A DNA stretch of 64,000 nt from assembly GCF_006345805.1 (NCBI RefSeq), contig NC_043007.1, positions 16,306,001-16,370,000 of the forward strand. The letters are read 5' to 3'. The notes beneath the pieces are model-generated. The model did not search any database and had not been told where the DNA came from. It saw only the letters and a list, made by a program, of their open reading frames with translations. Positions 11,831 through 24,779 of the stretch are shown in pieces (positions within the stretch are counted from its first letter, which is position 1; each line of letters starts with the position of its first letter). Both the position numbers and the translations under genes were made by a program. Source of the stretch: Octopus sinensis. Its lineage: Eukaryota.

Positions 11831-14472
11831 TCTGTTATTCTTTTATATGTTTCAGCCTTGAGGTTGTGGCCATGCTGGATCATGTGTGTGTGTGTGTGTC
11901 TATCTGTCTGTCTGTCTGTATGTTATATGTATATATATGTGTGTGAACAATAATATTTTCAACAGATGTGTTGCAAATGTATCTGTTGTTTCTCAAGCTT
12001 CAATACTGTGTGTGTGTGTATGTGTGTTGTGTATGTATGTATGTATATGTATGTATGTATGTATGTATGTATATGTATGTATGTATGTATGCATGTGTGT
12101 ATGTATATGTGTGTGTATGTATGTGTGGTGTATGTATGTGTGTGTATGTGTATGTATGTATGTATGTATGTATGTAGTGTATGTATGTATGTATGTATGA
12201 GTGTATGTTACTTTTATACAACACAAGCCACTACGGTTATTTAATGAAAGTCTTCCTCAAATCACTCTCTCTCTCGCAATTTACTCTCTCTCCAAGAACA
12301 TTTTCACTCACTCTTAGCTCTAGCTTCCCTTACATTTTACTCATGTATCTATCAGCGTCATAGACAGAATACTTTCAGTTTAGTCTTGCTCAAATCACTC
12401 TGTCGCTATTTACTTTCATTTTATTCGTTGCCCACTGTGTGTGTGCGTTGCGTGTGGTGTAAACCAGACTAAGAAAAGCATTTGACACACACACCAGAAT
12501 GTGAGTTTTCTGTAAATTTTGCTTAATTGGAGTTTAAAAATTTTTAAAACTGGACCTGGCATGACGCGATGCATTGTACTCTTAAAAATGCGAGGTAAAT
12601 TGTAATGAAGAAATCCTATATTGTAGATTTGTATAACTCCAAAGGGAGGCAGATAAAATCTGCCTTTATAATAAGACTAGCAGTATCGCCCGGCGTTGCT
12701 CGGGTTTGTAAGGGAAATAACTATATAAGCATTTTTAGAGAGTTATAGCCAAAAAATAGCAAAAAATGCATTAAAAATGGAAAAAATATGATGGTAAATT
12801 TTTTTTTAAATCGTTGACTCATCGTAGACATTTTAGAGAGTTACTTCCCTTATATAATAGCGAAAAAATGCATTAAAAATGGAAAAAAACGATGGTAAAT
12901 TTTTTTTTAAATCGTAGACTCATGTAGACGCTTTCTTAGCCATTTCTGTTTTGGTGTCTTCAAGCCATGAAGTCGTTGTTCTAAAAGAACACTGGTCTCC
13001 TTGACAACGCATTACGACGTTGATTTCCTTACACTCCCTTCCCCACAGGTGCAGGTGTGAGCGTGGACACCAACTCCGCCGCCATCGACACACGAAAAAT
13101 TATGCATTAAAATGGAATAAAAAATGATGTAAAATTATTTTTAAAATCGTAGACTCATCGTAGACGCGCGCTAATATTCAGACGGGCTCGATATGAATCA
13201 CGACTATAAGCTACCCGAATTTGGTTAAACTGTACCGAAAAATGTGGGAGTAGTTAGGAATCTACATCAAAGGGGACAGACACTCACACAACTACAGTTT
13301 TATATATATAGATATACATAGCGCAGTAGTGGTGAGATATGACAGCAAAGAAAAGCATACATTCACTCTCTGCATGCAATTAGACTCGGAAAGTTCGTGA
13401 GGAACCCATTGACCCAATTTGCTGACTTTTCCGATAGCACACAGGTCTCAATGAATGGTTGAATGACCAAATCCAAGCTTCTCTGCTAGTTCCTCAACAG
13501 TTACGATGATATTTTGTTCCACCAGGGTTTTCAGGATGTCCTTGTCGAGTTCTACAGATCTTTCAGGATGAGGCTCGTCTCTAGGCTGTAGTTTATGGCT
13601 CGGGATTTCTGGAACCACCATTGACACTGCCTTACGCTTATTGTCCAATCCCCATATACTGCATTAATATTTCTTGTACTTTGCACACATTTATATTCTG
13701 TTATTCTTTTATTGTTTCATGCAGCCTTGAGGTTGTGGCCATGCTGGATCATGTGGTGTGTGTGTGTGTGTGTGGGTGTGTGTGTGTCTATCTGTCTGTC
13801 TGTATGTATGTATATATGTATATGTATGTGTGTGAACAATAATATTTTCAACAGATGTGTTGCAAATGTATCTGATTGTTCTCAAGCTTCAATACTGTGT
13901 GTGTGTGTATGTGTGGTGTGTATGTATGTATGTATATGTATGTAGTATGTATATGTATGTGATGTATGTGTATGTATATGTGTGTGTGTATGTTGTGTGT
14001 ATGTATGTGTGTGTGTATGTGTGGTGTGTGTGTATGTATGTATGTATGTATGAGTGTATGTTTACTTTATTACTAATTACTCTCTTCCAAGAACATTTTC
14101 ACTCACTCTTAGCTCTTAGCTTCCCATACATTTTACTCATGTATCTATCAGCGTCATAGACAGAATACTTTCACTTTAGTCTTCCTCAAATCACTGTCGC
14201 TATTTACTTACTTTCATTTTATTCGTTGCCCACTGTGTGTGTGCGTTTGCGTGTGGTGTAAACCAGACTAATAAAAGCATTTGACACACACACCAGAATG
14301 TGAGTTTTCTGTAAATTTTGCTTAATTGGAGTTAAATTTTAAAAACTGGACCTGGCATGACGTGATGCATTGTACTCTTAAAAATTCTAGGTAAATTGTA
14401 ATTGAAGAAATCCTATATTGTAGATTTGTATAACTCCCAAAGGGAGGCAGATAAAATCTGCCTTTTATAATA

Positions 14473-14517
<45 letters not shown>

Positions 14518-14987
14518 TAGATAATTGAAGAGGCAAAATGTGTGCTTATTCGCTTTGATGATAAAAAATGACACAAAATATAAACAAATATGCAAATACG
14601 TCGCCAACTTCATTGGTGCCATCTTCATCACCACCATCATTAAAATTATATAATGTACATAACAAGCAACGATATAGTAAAAAATTACACAATTTAAAAA
14701 CAATCTAAAATTACAGTTTGGGGAGAATTTTTCAAGATTTTCTAAATTATCTGCAGACAGCAGACCGTTTCCGAGGAGATTTGGAGAAATTATATAATAT
14801 CGTATGATAACAAATATTTGACAGTCGGTTCTTTCAGTATACATTTCCTACCACTTTGAAAGAATGCATACGGGGTAACTCCTATGTGCATGATAATAAA
14901 ATTATTCCATGTAACCAACATGGCTGGGTTACTCACCAAACTTATCATGTGGGATTGAAAACTTGTTAAAATATACGAATATATTTG

Positions 14988-15144
14988 AGTGGCTGTGTGG
15001 TAAGTAGCTTGCTAACCAACCACATGGTTCCGGGTTCAGTCCCACTGCGTGGCATCTTGGGCAAGTGTCTTCTGCTATAGCCTCGAGCCGATCAAAGCCT
15101 TGTGAGTGGATTTGGTAGACGGAAACTGAAAGAAGCCTGTCGTA

Positions 15145-15193
<49 letters not shown>

Positions 15194-15405
15194 ATATGTT
15201 TGTCTGTGTTTGTCCCCCTAGCATTGCTTGACAACCGATGCTGGTGTGTTTACGTCCCCGTCACTTAGCGGTTCGGCAAAAGAGACCGATAGAATAAGTA
15301 CTGGGCTTACAAAGAATAAGTCCTGGGGTCGATTTGCTCGACTAAAGGCGGTGCTCCAGCATGGCCGCAGTCAAATGACTGAAACAAGTAAAAGAGTAAA
15401 AGAGT
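14988..15405 (+). mobile_element. CORE-like tRNA SINE family C with internal microsatellite
   Basis: tggctgtgtggtaagtagcttgc head; cttgggcaagtgtcttc core; gaaacaagtaaaagag tail. Confidence 0.88.
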
Positions 15406-15944
15406 ATATCCTACGCTCCTAACTCTTGAAGGCAAATCAACATCTTGGAAACAAGAACTTAAGGCCTTGAATAAGAAACAGCATTACTGAAAAGGAGTAT
15501 GCTTATAAATTGTCCTCATACATGAGTTCGTCTCAGATCTACAAGTGTGATATCGAACAATGAAATGAAATAGCATCTCAATAAAAGGAGCCACTTCTCG
15601 TAAAAGTCTTTTAAAATTGATTTCAAATTTTGGCACAATACAAACAAGTTCGGCGGATGGAGCGAGTTGATTACATTGAGCCCATTACTCAACTGGCATT
15701 TATTTTATCAACCGCGAAAGGATGAAAGGCAAAGTCAATCGCGGCGGAATTTGAACTCCGAACGTAAAGATGGATGAACTGCTACTAAGCATTCTGCCCG
15801 GCGTTCCAACGTTTCTGCCAGCTCGCCGCCTTAAAAAGTCTTTTGGAATTTGTATCTGGAATGAAGGCAGTGAGCTGGCAAAATTGTCACCGCACAGGGA
15901 AAAAGGTTTAGCGGCATTTCGTCCGTTTTTACGCGTTGTTGTTG

Positions 15945-16250
15945 TTGTTTGTTCCTTCTCGAGCCATGCCTGGCTCATAAGGGCCGTTTTCCCGATTTCA
16001 TTGGCGTATAGGTTCCCCACCTGGACGGGACGCCGGTCCGTCGCAGGTGAGCTGCGAAGATGCAGGAGGAAAGAGTGAGAGAAAGTTGTAGCGAAAGAGT
16101 CAGCAGAAGTTCGCCATTACCTTCTGCCGGAGCCGCGTGGAGCTTAGGTGTTTCGCTCATAAACACACACATCGCCAGGTCTGAGATTCGAACACGCGCT
16201 CCCTCAACCGTGAGTCCGCTATATTCTAACCACTAGACCATCTGCCTCCA
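15945..16250 (-). mobile_element. SINE, family A-like head with tail type e
   Basis: Tail gacggaccggcgtcccgtccaggtgggg...cttatgagccaggcatggctcgagaagg; copies at 25829-26110 and 63177-63640. Confidence 0.85.
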
Positions 16251-16931
16251 CCCGTTTTTACGTACTGAGTTCAAATTCCGCCCAGGTCGACTTTGCTTTA
16301 TATCCTTTCGAGGTCGATAAACCAGTTAATTACTGGGATTGATGTAATCGACTAACTACACCCGCTCACCAGAACTTTCTGGCCTTGTGCCAAAATTTGA
16401 AACCAAATTAATATCTAGAATGAAAAGACGGGTTTATACCATTTCCCATCATGACCAGTGTCGCCTCAAGTTATCAGCACAATGGGTAGTTGCCTAGAGA
16501 CCTTGCCTCTTCGGATCTGGGAACCCAATTTTGATCAACGTATGCTCTGGATTGCTGTCAATAAGTCAATGCTATAGGTTCCAGTGTCTGGGTGCCTCCC
16601 ATACCTATGTGCTCAATTCCAATATCCTTTGGCTGCTGTTAATAAATAATACTATAGGGTCTAGTGCAGTGATTTACCTGGGGTCCTCATGAGTCTAAGC
16701 ACCTAGATCTGATATATGTACTCTGTGGCTGCTCCCAATAAATACTATTTTGGCCCAGTGCATTGATTTCCCGGGAGCATCACGGGTCTAGAGGACTAAC
16801 TCTGATCTATGCGGTTTGTTGTCAATACATAAATACTATAGGACTCAGTGTAATAATTTGTCCGGGGAAGAGGGGTCTAATGCTGCTACGACAGCCCTGA
16901 TCGTGACTAAATACAACCATGTAGAAATACT

Positions 16932-17191
16932 AAAGGTAATGGTAAAGCTACCTTCTCGAGTCATACCGGTTCATAAGCACCGGTTGCCTGGTGTCATTGC
17001 ACGTATATTACCCACCTGGACGGGACGCCGGTCCGTCGTAGGATTGCTCACTTTTGCCAGCTGAGTAACTGGGGCAAAGTGAAACGAAGTGTTTTGCTCA
17101 AGGACACAATGCGTCGCCCGGTCCAGAAATCGAAACCACAATCTTACGATCATGAGTCCAACACTTTAAACACTAAGCTACGCGTCTCCAC
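16932..17191 (-). mobile_element. tRNA SINE with tail type e
   Basis: 12-bp TSD tgtagaaatact (16920-16931 and 17192-17203). Confidence 0.85.
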
Positions 17192-17331
17192 TGTAGAAAT
17201 ACTGCACCAAGAGCGGCAGTTAAACATACATCATAAACTCTGTGAGTATAGGGAAGCTGCAAAAATGGATAGTCCTAGGTGAAGATTTAATAGATGTTGA
17301 TGTTGTACAGACAAATCATTTAACTAAGAAT

Positions 17332-17674
17332 GGGTGGAGACCCCCTTCGGTCATGAATGACCATGGGATTGCACCAAGAAAGTTACCCTCCGAGGTACAA
17401 GTCCGGGTAAGTTTGTTTATAGAAGACCAGCAGTTGCCCATGCATACCAGCCTCCCTTCTCCACACCACTGATGTTATCCAAGGGAAAGGCAAAGGGGCC
17501 GATACAGCTTGGCACTTGTGACGTTGCAACTCATTTCTACAGCTGAGTGAACTGGAGCAATGTGAAATAAGGTGTCTTGCTCAAGAACACAACACGCAGC
17601 CCGGTCTGGAAATCGAACTCATAACCTCACGATCGTAAACTCGACGCTCTAACCACTAAGCCATGCGCCTTCAC
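17332..17674 (-). mobile_element. tRNA SINE family D
   Basis: 11-bp TSD taactaagaat; copies at 22296-22652 and 25268-25600 (+). Confidence 0.88.
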
Positions 17675-17691
17675 TAACTAAGAATATATAT

Positions 17692-17989
17692 ATTTCTTTA
17701 CTACCCACAAGGGGCTAAACACAGAGAGAACAAACAAGGACAGACAAACGGATTAAGTCGATTATATCGACCCAGTGCGTAACTGGTACTTATTTAATCG
17801 ACCCCGAAAGGATGAAAGGCAAAGTCGACCTCGGCGGAAACTTCCAATTAGTGTTGGAATCTTGCGAAGATTTAATATTAATGGAGCTGACTTTTTTCCT
17901 GCGGAATTTGAACTCAGAACGTTCAGACAGACGAAATACGGCTACGCATTTCGCCTGGCGTGCTAACGTTTCTGCCAGCTCACCGCCTT
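17692..17989 (-). mobile_element. SINE family B with an internal 63-bp insertion
   Basis: TSD of about 21 bp (ttcactaactaagaatatatat); insertion at 17838-17900. Confidence 0.88.
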
Positions 17990-19420
17990 TTCACTAACTA
18001 AGAATATATATTTTTAAAAACGTCTGAACAGAAAACTATAAGTCTATTGTTTGTTTTTACGCATTATATATTAGTGTAACACAAACTCTTCGCTGGGCAG
18101 CAAGCTTGAATTACATTAATATTGAGATATGCTGAATAACTTAAATTGTGTTGGTTACAGTGAAAGAGAAAACACCAGAGAAACCTTATGGCAGTGTGGC
18201 TTGATTACATAAAAGCGTTTGACTTTATTCCCCACTTCTGGCAACGTTTAGCAAACATAGCCCCTGCCCTAAGAGCAACCAGTGAAAAGCTCACTGATGT
18301 TGTCAACCATCTACATCTTGCAACTGGAAACACACCGATTACCTCTTTTTATATATAAAGCTTTTGAACGGAATATTCCAAGGAAAGAATCTCCATGTGT
18401 TTCTGTTTAATTTGGCACTAAGCCTAATGTAATTTCTCTTACGAATGCCAGTGGTTGCGTACTAGGACCTACACCAATGTAACCCATGATTTCGTTCTTG
18501 GAGATCTAAGTATTTACACAGCAAAATATCTATAACACTGAGAAATAACCGGATTTCGTAATGTTTTCGGCTGATCTCGTGATGAAATTTAGCCAAAGCA
18601 AATATACATTGTTAATAGGTGCATGTGGAAAAATTACTTACTAAGACGGAAAGTATTCACATCAATAATCTATCTCCCTCCCTCCTTCTCTCTCTCCCTA
18701 CACTCTCTTCCATTCTTTCCTCACCCTCTCTTTCTCCCCTTTTCTCTCTTTCTCTCTACTTCTGCTGTTCTGCACAATGAGTGCTACAAACAACATAATG
18801 TTGCCCAAAACGAATAACGCAAAAATGCTGCAATCAAAATTATATTTATCAACAAAGTGCATGTTTTAAAAATTCGTTGCTTCTTTCTTACAAGAAGACA
18901 ATATCCCAGAATGCATTTGCAAACCCACTACTAGTATCGTATCAACTCTTGAAATACTTGATTGGACCACAGGAAAAAAAAAAGTCAGCTCCATTAATAT
19001 TAAATCCCCGCAAGATTCCAACGCTAATTGGAAGTTTTCCCAGTTTTACGATATCGGCTGACTCTCTCAGAAGATAGGAATAGGAAAACTGTTTAAGATC
19101 GACCGAGGCAGCCCAATGGGAAAGACTGTGAATGATGTTTAAAATCAATAGTAGAAGCCTTTGACTGCTGTTTAATACTACCACGACAGAACCTGCTAAA
19201 AACCAACAGCAAAAGACGAATGCATCAACCATATATTCAAACACAGAAGTGGAAGAGAAAATACCCAAGATGCACTCGATTTCTGAAAGAGGATAGATGA
19301 ACTTGCCGGCGAAACCATGAAAGAAAAAATGTACTTCTATCAAGAAGAGTAATACATAGGAGCAGGCGTGGGTATGTGGCTAAGAAACGCCCTTTGCAAT
19401 CACGTGGTTTCGGATTTAGT

Positions 19421-19706
19421 CACACACATACACATACATACATACATACATACATACATACATACATACATACATACATACATACATACAAAAATACCCA
19501 GTTGTTGATATTGAAATTCCAATGAGGGAACCTTGGACCTAGGTCAGAAACCGGTTCTTTCTCTATTGGCAAGAAGTCTTGAAATAAACTGAATAATGAC
19601 ATACATACATACATACATACATACATACATACATACATACATACATACATACATTCATACAAACCTACATACATACATACATACATACATACATACATAC
19701 ATACAT

Positions 19707-19737
<31 letters not shown>

Positions 19738-20034
19738 TACATACATACATGCATACATACACACACACACACACACATACATACATGCATACATACATAC
19801 ATACATACATACATACATACATGCATGCATACATACATACATACATACATACATACATACATACATACATGCATACATACATACATACATACATACATAC
19901 AAACAAACAAACATACATACATGCATACATGCATACATACATACATACATACATACATACATACATACATACATACATACATACACACACACATGCATAC
20001 ATACATGCATACATACATACATACATACATACAT

Positions 20035-20074
<40 letters not shown>

Positions 20075-20225
20075 ACATACATGCATACATACATACATAC
20101 ATACATACATACATACATGCATGCATGCATACATACATAAATACATACATACATACATACATACATACATACATACATACATACATACATACATACATAC
20201 ATACATACATACATACATACATACA
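19421..20225. repeat. (CATA)n microsatellite of about 800 bp, interrupted at 19490-19597
   Basis: Direct reading; it is the source of the MYVC and HTYI ORFs. Confidence 0.97.
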
Positions 20226-20280
20226 TGGTGGCTGCCCCCTCGTTATCGAGTATGGCCATTGCACGAAGCTTAATCAATGT
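20226..20280 (-). mobile_element. RTE LINE 3' terminus with a (TATG)n tail
   Basis: gcaatggccatactcgataacgagggggcagcca with a ctcg-ataa-cgag stem-loop; near-identical to 24177-24226. Confidence 0.75.
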
Positions 20281-20399
20281 TGTTATAGTGCAATGCCTGT
20301 GCAAGAATACTTTTCTTAAAGTGAGGAAAGACTGTGCACTGAGTCAATCCCAGTCACTAAGCAACAGTAGCCATAATCCGAAAAGAAGAACAAGTCAAC

Positions 20400-20830
20400 A
20401 TCATCGGTAACAACTGAGCCGCAGGTTTTATGTCGGTGTTCTCCCAGTTACCTGAGTTGCCTTCTCCTAGAAGGATGCCCTAACAAAGGCTAGGAGTCCT
20501 TCACTCCCAATGGTTTAACTGCGCGATCGGGTATTCAGTCCGATTATTTCTATGTCCCCCGCGCATTATACAGCCTTAAGGCATTTATTGGATGGCTGTT
20601 GACTCTAAAGAGTTCCTCCGCCCTTTGACAGGTTTTGCTTTTCATCCCGCAGGGTGTCCAATAAACACCCTCCTCACCAAGCAAGCTTGGTGGGGTTGCC
20701 GGTTTAGTCCCCGACGACCCGACCATGCAACAGGTTGTACTGGGTTACATGTAACCAGTAGCACTCGAAAGTGACCTGACATAACATACATACATACATA
20801 CATATATACATACATACATACATACATACA

Positions 20831-20864
<34 letters not shown>

Positions 20865-20890
20865 CATACATACAGACGTACATACATACA
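20400..20890 (+). mobile_element. Probable LINE 3' end with a (CATA)n tail
   Basis: GC-richer segment with the palindrome ggttacatgtaacc, ending gacctgacataacatacatac. Confidence 0.45.
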
Positions 20891-22169
20891 AGTTAATTTG
20901 ACTACTTTTCTTCAACTCAGATATGACATATCAGCGAAGAATCTTTTCGCAGCGAACAGAATGAAACGTTAACGTTCAGTACCACAACTCAGTGTATTGC
21001 AAACATCTTGATTGTCCTATTTGTTTGAGGCTGTGCTCGACCGGACGTAAACAAACAGAACCAACCGGAAGTTACAAAACGTGCTACTAAGGGGTGACGA
21101 TAATTTCGTTAACATTGAAAGCATTTCAGAGAAACATCCCTCCATCGATAAATAGGGAATATTGGGAAAATAATCAACTTTAATAATATTTATTCTATTA
21201 GGTTTATTGATCCTTCTTTTCTCTCTTCGTGCAAACGTTACAGGATAAAACAAACTTTGGTTTAACAACACTAGTTACAATAACAAAATTATGCTACAAT
21301 ACAGAAACAAATACGAAGACAAACACATCACGCAGCAAATGCAAATTGTGCACAAAGAATTTTGTATAAACAATTCCATCCGGGAAACTGAATATATGAA
21401 TTCGTTATTTGGCAAAAATATCCTAAAATAAACACAACATGCATTGACTCGATGAACAATACATCTATTACGAAAACGGGAATATTAAAAGACAAAATAA
21501 CTTGCATCAGGCACGTCTGCAAACTGGAAATGTGAAAGTTATAATACTAATGAAGCCAACTGCTGCATTGTATGACCGAAATGCCAGGCTTTCTTTCCAT
21601 TTTCCACATGTCCATACATCGTCGAGCCTTCATTCTAGGGCTGTAGATTTTAAAGTAACCAGAATACAATACAGGCTAACATTATTAACTTGTCTAAAAT
21701 ACAAACAAAAAACGCTAATACTTCTGTGTATATTTAATAATGTTTTCTGAAGTAAAATACGTAATTGTTTAAGAATTTAACAAGGATGCTATTGTTTGGT
21801 CGAGTACAATAGAAACTACACAACATTGCTCTTGATAGTTACAAGCGCCATTTTCTTTTTCTTTGCCAATTCAAAAAATGCGGTGCAGTCGCTAAAGTAA
21901 CGTGTCAAATGACACTGTCCTCGTTAGATATATTTTTTACGCTTGAAAAAAAAAAAGAAAAGCAACATTTTTAAATGTACATATTTAAGGCTTCATTGTT
22001 TTATCTTTTATCTTTTACTGCGTTTCAATCATTTGGACTGCGGCCAAGCCGGTGCACAACCTTGAAGGTTTTAGTCGACCAAATCGATCTCGGTTATATT
22101 TTTAAATCTGATTACTCATTCTATCGGTCTCTTACCTGACTACTATGTTATGGAGACGTAAACAAACCA

Positions 22170-22201
<32 letters not shown>

Positions 22202-22246
22202 CGCGCGTGCGTATGTGTGTATATATAAGTGTGTGTATATATATAT

Positions 22247-22298
<52 letters not shown>

Positions 22299-23255
22299 GG
22301 CGCAGTAGTTAGAGCGTCGAGCTTACGATCGTGAGGTTGTGAGTTCGATTCCGAGACCGAGCTGCGTGTTGTGTTCTTGAGCAAGACGCTTTATTTCACG
22401 TTGCTCCTGTTCACTCAGCTGTAGAAATGAGTTGCGACGTCACAGGTGCCAAGCTCTATCGGCCCCTTCGCCTTTCCTTTGGATAGCATCAGTGGTGTGG
22501 AGAGGAGAGGCTGGTATGCATGGGCGACTTTTGGTCTTCCACAAAATCAACCCTAAGTTGTGTGTTCGTCGGCGAGGCGACTTTCCGCCCAAATTGTACC
22601 CCGGAGGTGAACCTCTTTGGTGCACCCATAGCCATTCGTGACCGAAGGAGTCGAGTTGTGTGTGTGTGTTAGTTTGGGGCCGGAATATCAATGTTCGTCC
22701 GCATATATGTAGCATATAGTCATTACAACAACAGCGAATCATACGACATAAAACAATTGAACAGGAAAACAAAAACACATTAGTAGTTGTTGTTGCTATC
22801 GTTGTTAGTGTTGTTGCTGTTTAACCCTAGGTCAGTCCTGATACTTTAGACTGGGATAAAAAAAAAAGTGTCTGTCATTGCTATCCCATCATCTTCGTTT
22901 TCTTTTTGTTGTTGCTTCTTGTTTTTTGAGTCATGCAGTATCTAGAACAGCATCATCCTATGTGTCCTTCCTTTTCATAAGACGGCAGGGAAGGATTTGC
23001 ATGTGTGGTGGTGGTGGTGGTGGTGGTGGTGAAGTCGCTGCTGTTTTTAGCAGATTCGAGTAACTGTGTATCAATTCCGAAGACACACCCAGCTTATATA
23101 GAATTCTTACCCCACCCCAACTTATCATACTCACCACCAGCAGAAGTAATGCAAGATACCCAATGGGGAGATCAGTTTTACTAACAAAATATAACATACA
23201 TACATACATACACACACACATACATACATACATACATACATACATACATACAAAC

Positions 23256-24144
23256 ATATGGATGAGCATATATGAGCAGAAGACTATGCACGGTGACGCT
23301 AGTACAAAGCTCCAAAATTATATTACCATTGATCATCAAAGCACTTTATCATAGACTAATAGCCGGATTATTACTTCTCACTTTGAAGGGTGTGCGTTTG
23401 CAATACAGGGACAGGAAATATCAACCAAATACCTGATGCACAAAAGGGATTGAGATGCAGGAAAAACAGTAAAATGTGACAACCGATGCAGACTTTGTGG
23501 AGTTAAAACCGAAGATATTACCCACATCATAAGCAGTTGTCCGAAAATGTCATCACGGTATTATCTACCGATGAGACATGATGTTGTAGCTAGAACACTC
23601 TATAATGAAATCCGTCGGAAGAATAACTCCGGGGACAAAGAAATAAGGATCCACAGTGTGGTAGAAGCATTAACCACTTATATTAAAAAGGAGTACTGTT
23701 GGAATGTCCCAGTGAAGACTTCAATAAATTTAAGCACAACAGACCTGATATGATGATTTGGGATAGAGAAGAGAAACTATGCACAGTTGTGGAAATTAGC
23801 TGCCCAGCAGATGTTAACTTAAAAGATCGGTGAAAAAGCACTATTGAGTTCAGGTATATACCTGTAATTATTGAAGCCTTGGGATATGTAACACACTGCC
23901 TAAATACAAATATTGAGAAATTAGGCTTCTCAAAACCAGAAAGGAGAAAGCTAATGCGAAGACTACAGATCCAATCCATCACTGGAACTGTAAAAATCTG
24001 TAAAACATTCCAGAAGTTTATCGTTTAAATATACATGAACATGTCTGTATATGCAACTATATGCATCAGAATACATATATAAAACAAAAACATACAAATC
24101 TGAACACATACATACATACATACATACATACATACATACATACA

Positions 24145-24177
<33 letters not shown>

Positions 24178-24660
24178 GATGGCTGCCCCCTCGTTATCGA
24201 GTATGGCCATTGCACGAAGCTTAACTGTCACTGGTGCTGTGATCGAATGTGAATTTTTAGCCCAGCTAAAGATCTACAATGTCTTGTACAAAATTGGAAA
24301 CTACTGGTAATAGCCGGCTGTAGTTGTAACTGGGCTTCATGTACCTTTGCATGTCGTTTTAAGTCCTCCTACCGAATTACACTCTCTTCCACATGCCCGA
24401 CAGATATGATTAGTATGGTGTGTTACACCACCACCAGTGGCCAGGTTGTCACTCATCTGTCTCGTTTTATGACTACGAAGATGACTCTTGAGTCCATAGA
24501 TACATACATACCTACATACATACATTCATACATGCATACATACATACATACAAAGATACCCTGCTGATGTTGAAATTCCAATGAAGGAGCCTTGGCTCTA
24601 GGTTAGAAACTGGGTCTTTCTCTATTGGTAAGAAATCTTGAAATAAAACTGAACAATAAT
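23256..24660 (+). mobile_element. C-terminal part and probable 3' UTR of the same R4/Dong-clade LINE
   Basis: EQKTMHG...FEGCAFAIQGQEISTKYL, CCHC knuckle CRLCGVKTEDITHIISSC, RHD motif (MRHDVVA), RPD..VEISCP endonuclease and TGTVKICKTF; RTE piece inserted at 24176-24500. Confidence 0.85.
24176..24500 (-). mobile_element. RTE LINE 3' end with C2H2 fingers
   Basis: GLKSHLRSH..HICRACGRECNSVGGLKRHAKVH..FCTRHCRSLAGLK; (TATG)n tail at 24105-24175. Confidence 0.85.
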
Positions 24661-24668
24661 ATGTATGT

Positions 24669-24779
<111 letters not shown>

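Larger units (their letters stand above)
10799..14474 (+). repeat. Direct tandem duplication of about 1.85 kb (10799-12675 and 12676-14474)
   Basis: Colinear Helitron-like element, mariner fragment, (TATG)n block and ggcagataaaatctgcc end in both units. Confidence 0.92.
17192..19345 (+). mobile_element. Decayed R4/Dong-clade LINE, RT region, interrupted by SINEs
   Basis: Frameshifted motifs ENYKSIVC (~YRPIAC), RNLMAVWLDYIKAFD, GIFQG, NAFANPLLV..ILDWT and LKSIVEAF. Confidence 0.75.

Noticed and set aside
14715-14920. Protein-like frame LGRIFQDFLNYLQTADRFRGDLEKLYNIV
   Set aside because: It contains tandem in-frame stops and is unrecognised; it needs blastx before any claim.
16540-16900. CRISPR-like repeat-spacer array
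   Set aside because: The repeats are degenerate, the spacers are homologous to each other, there are no cas genes, and the context is eukaryotic.
19420-20319. Long ORFs of 164-294 aa (MYVC and HTYI repeats) and similar ORFs across the window
   Set aside because: They are translations of (CATA)n, (CA)n and (TA)n microsatellites, which lack stop codons in those frames.
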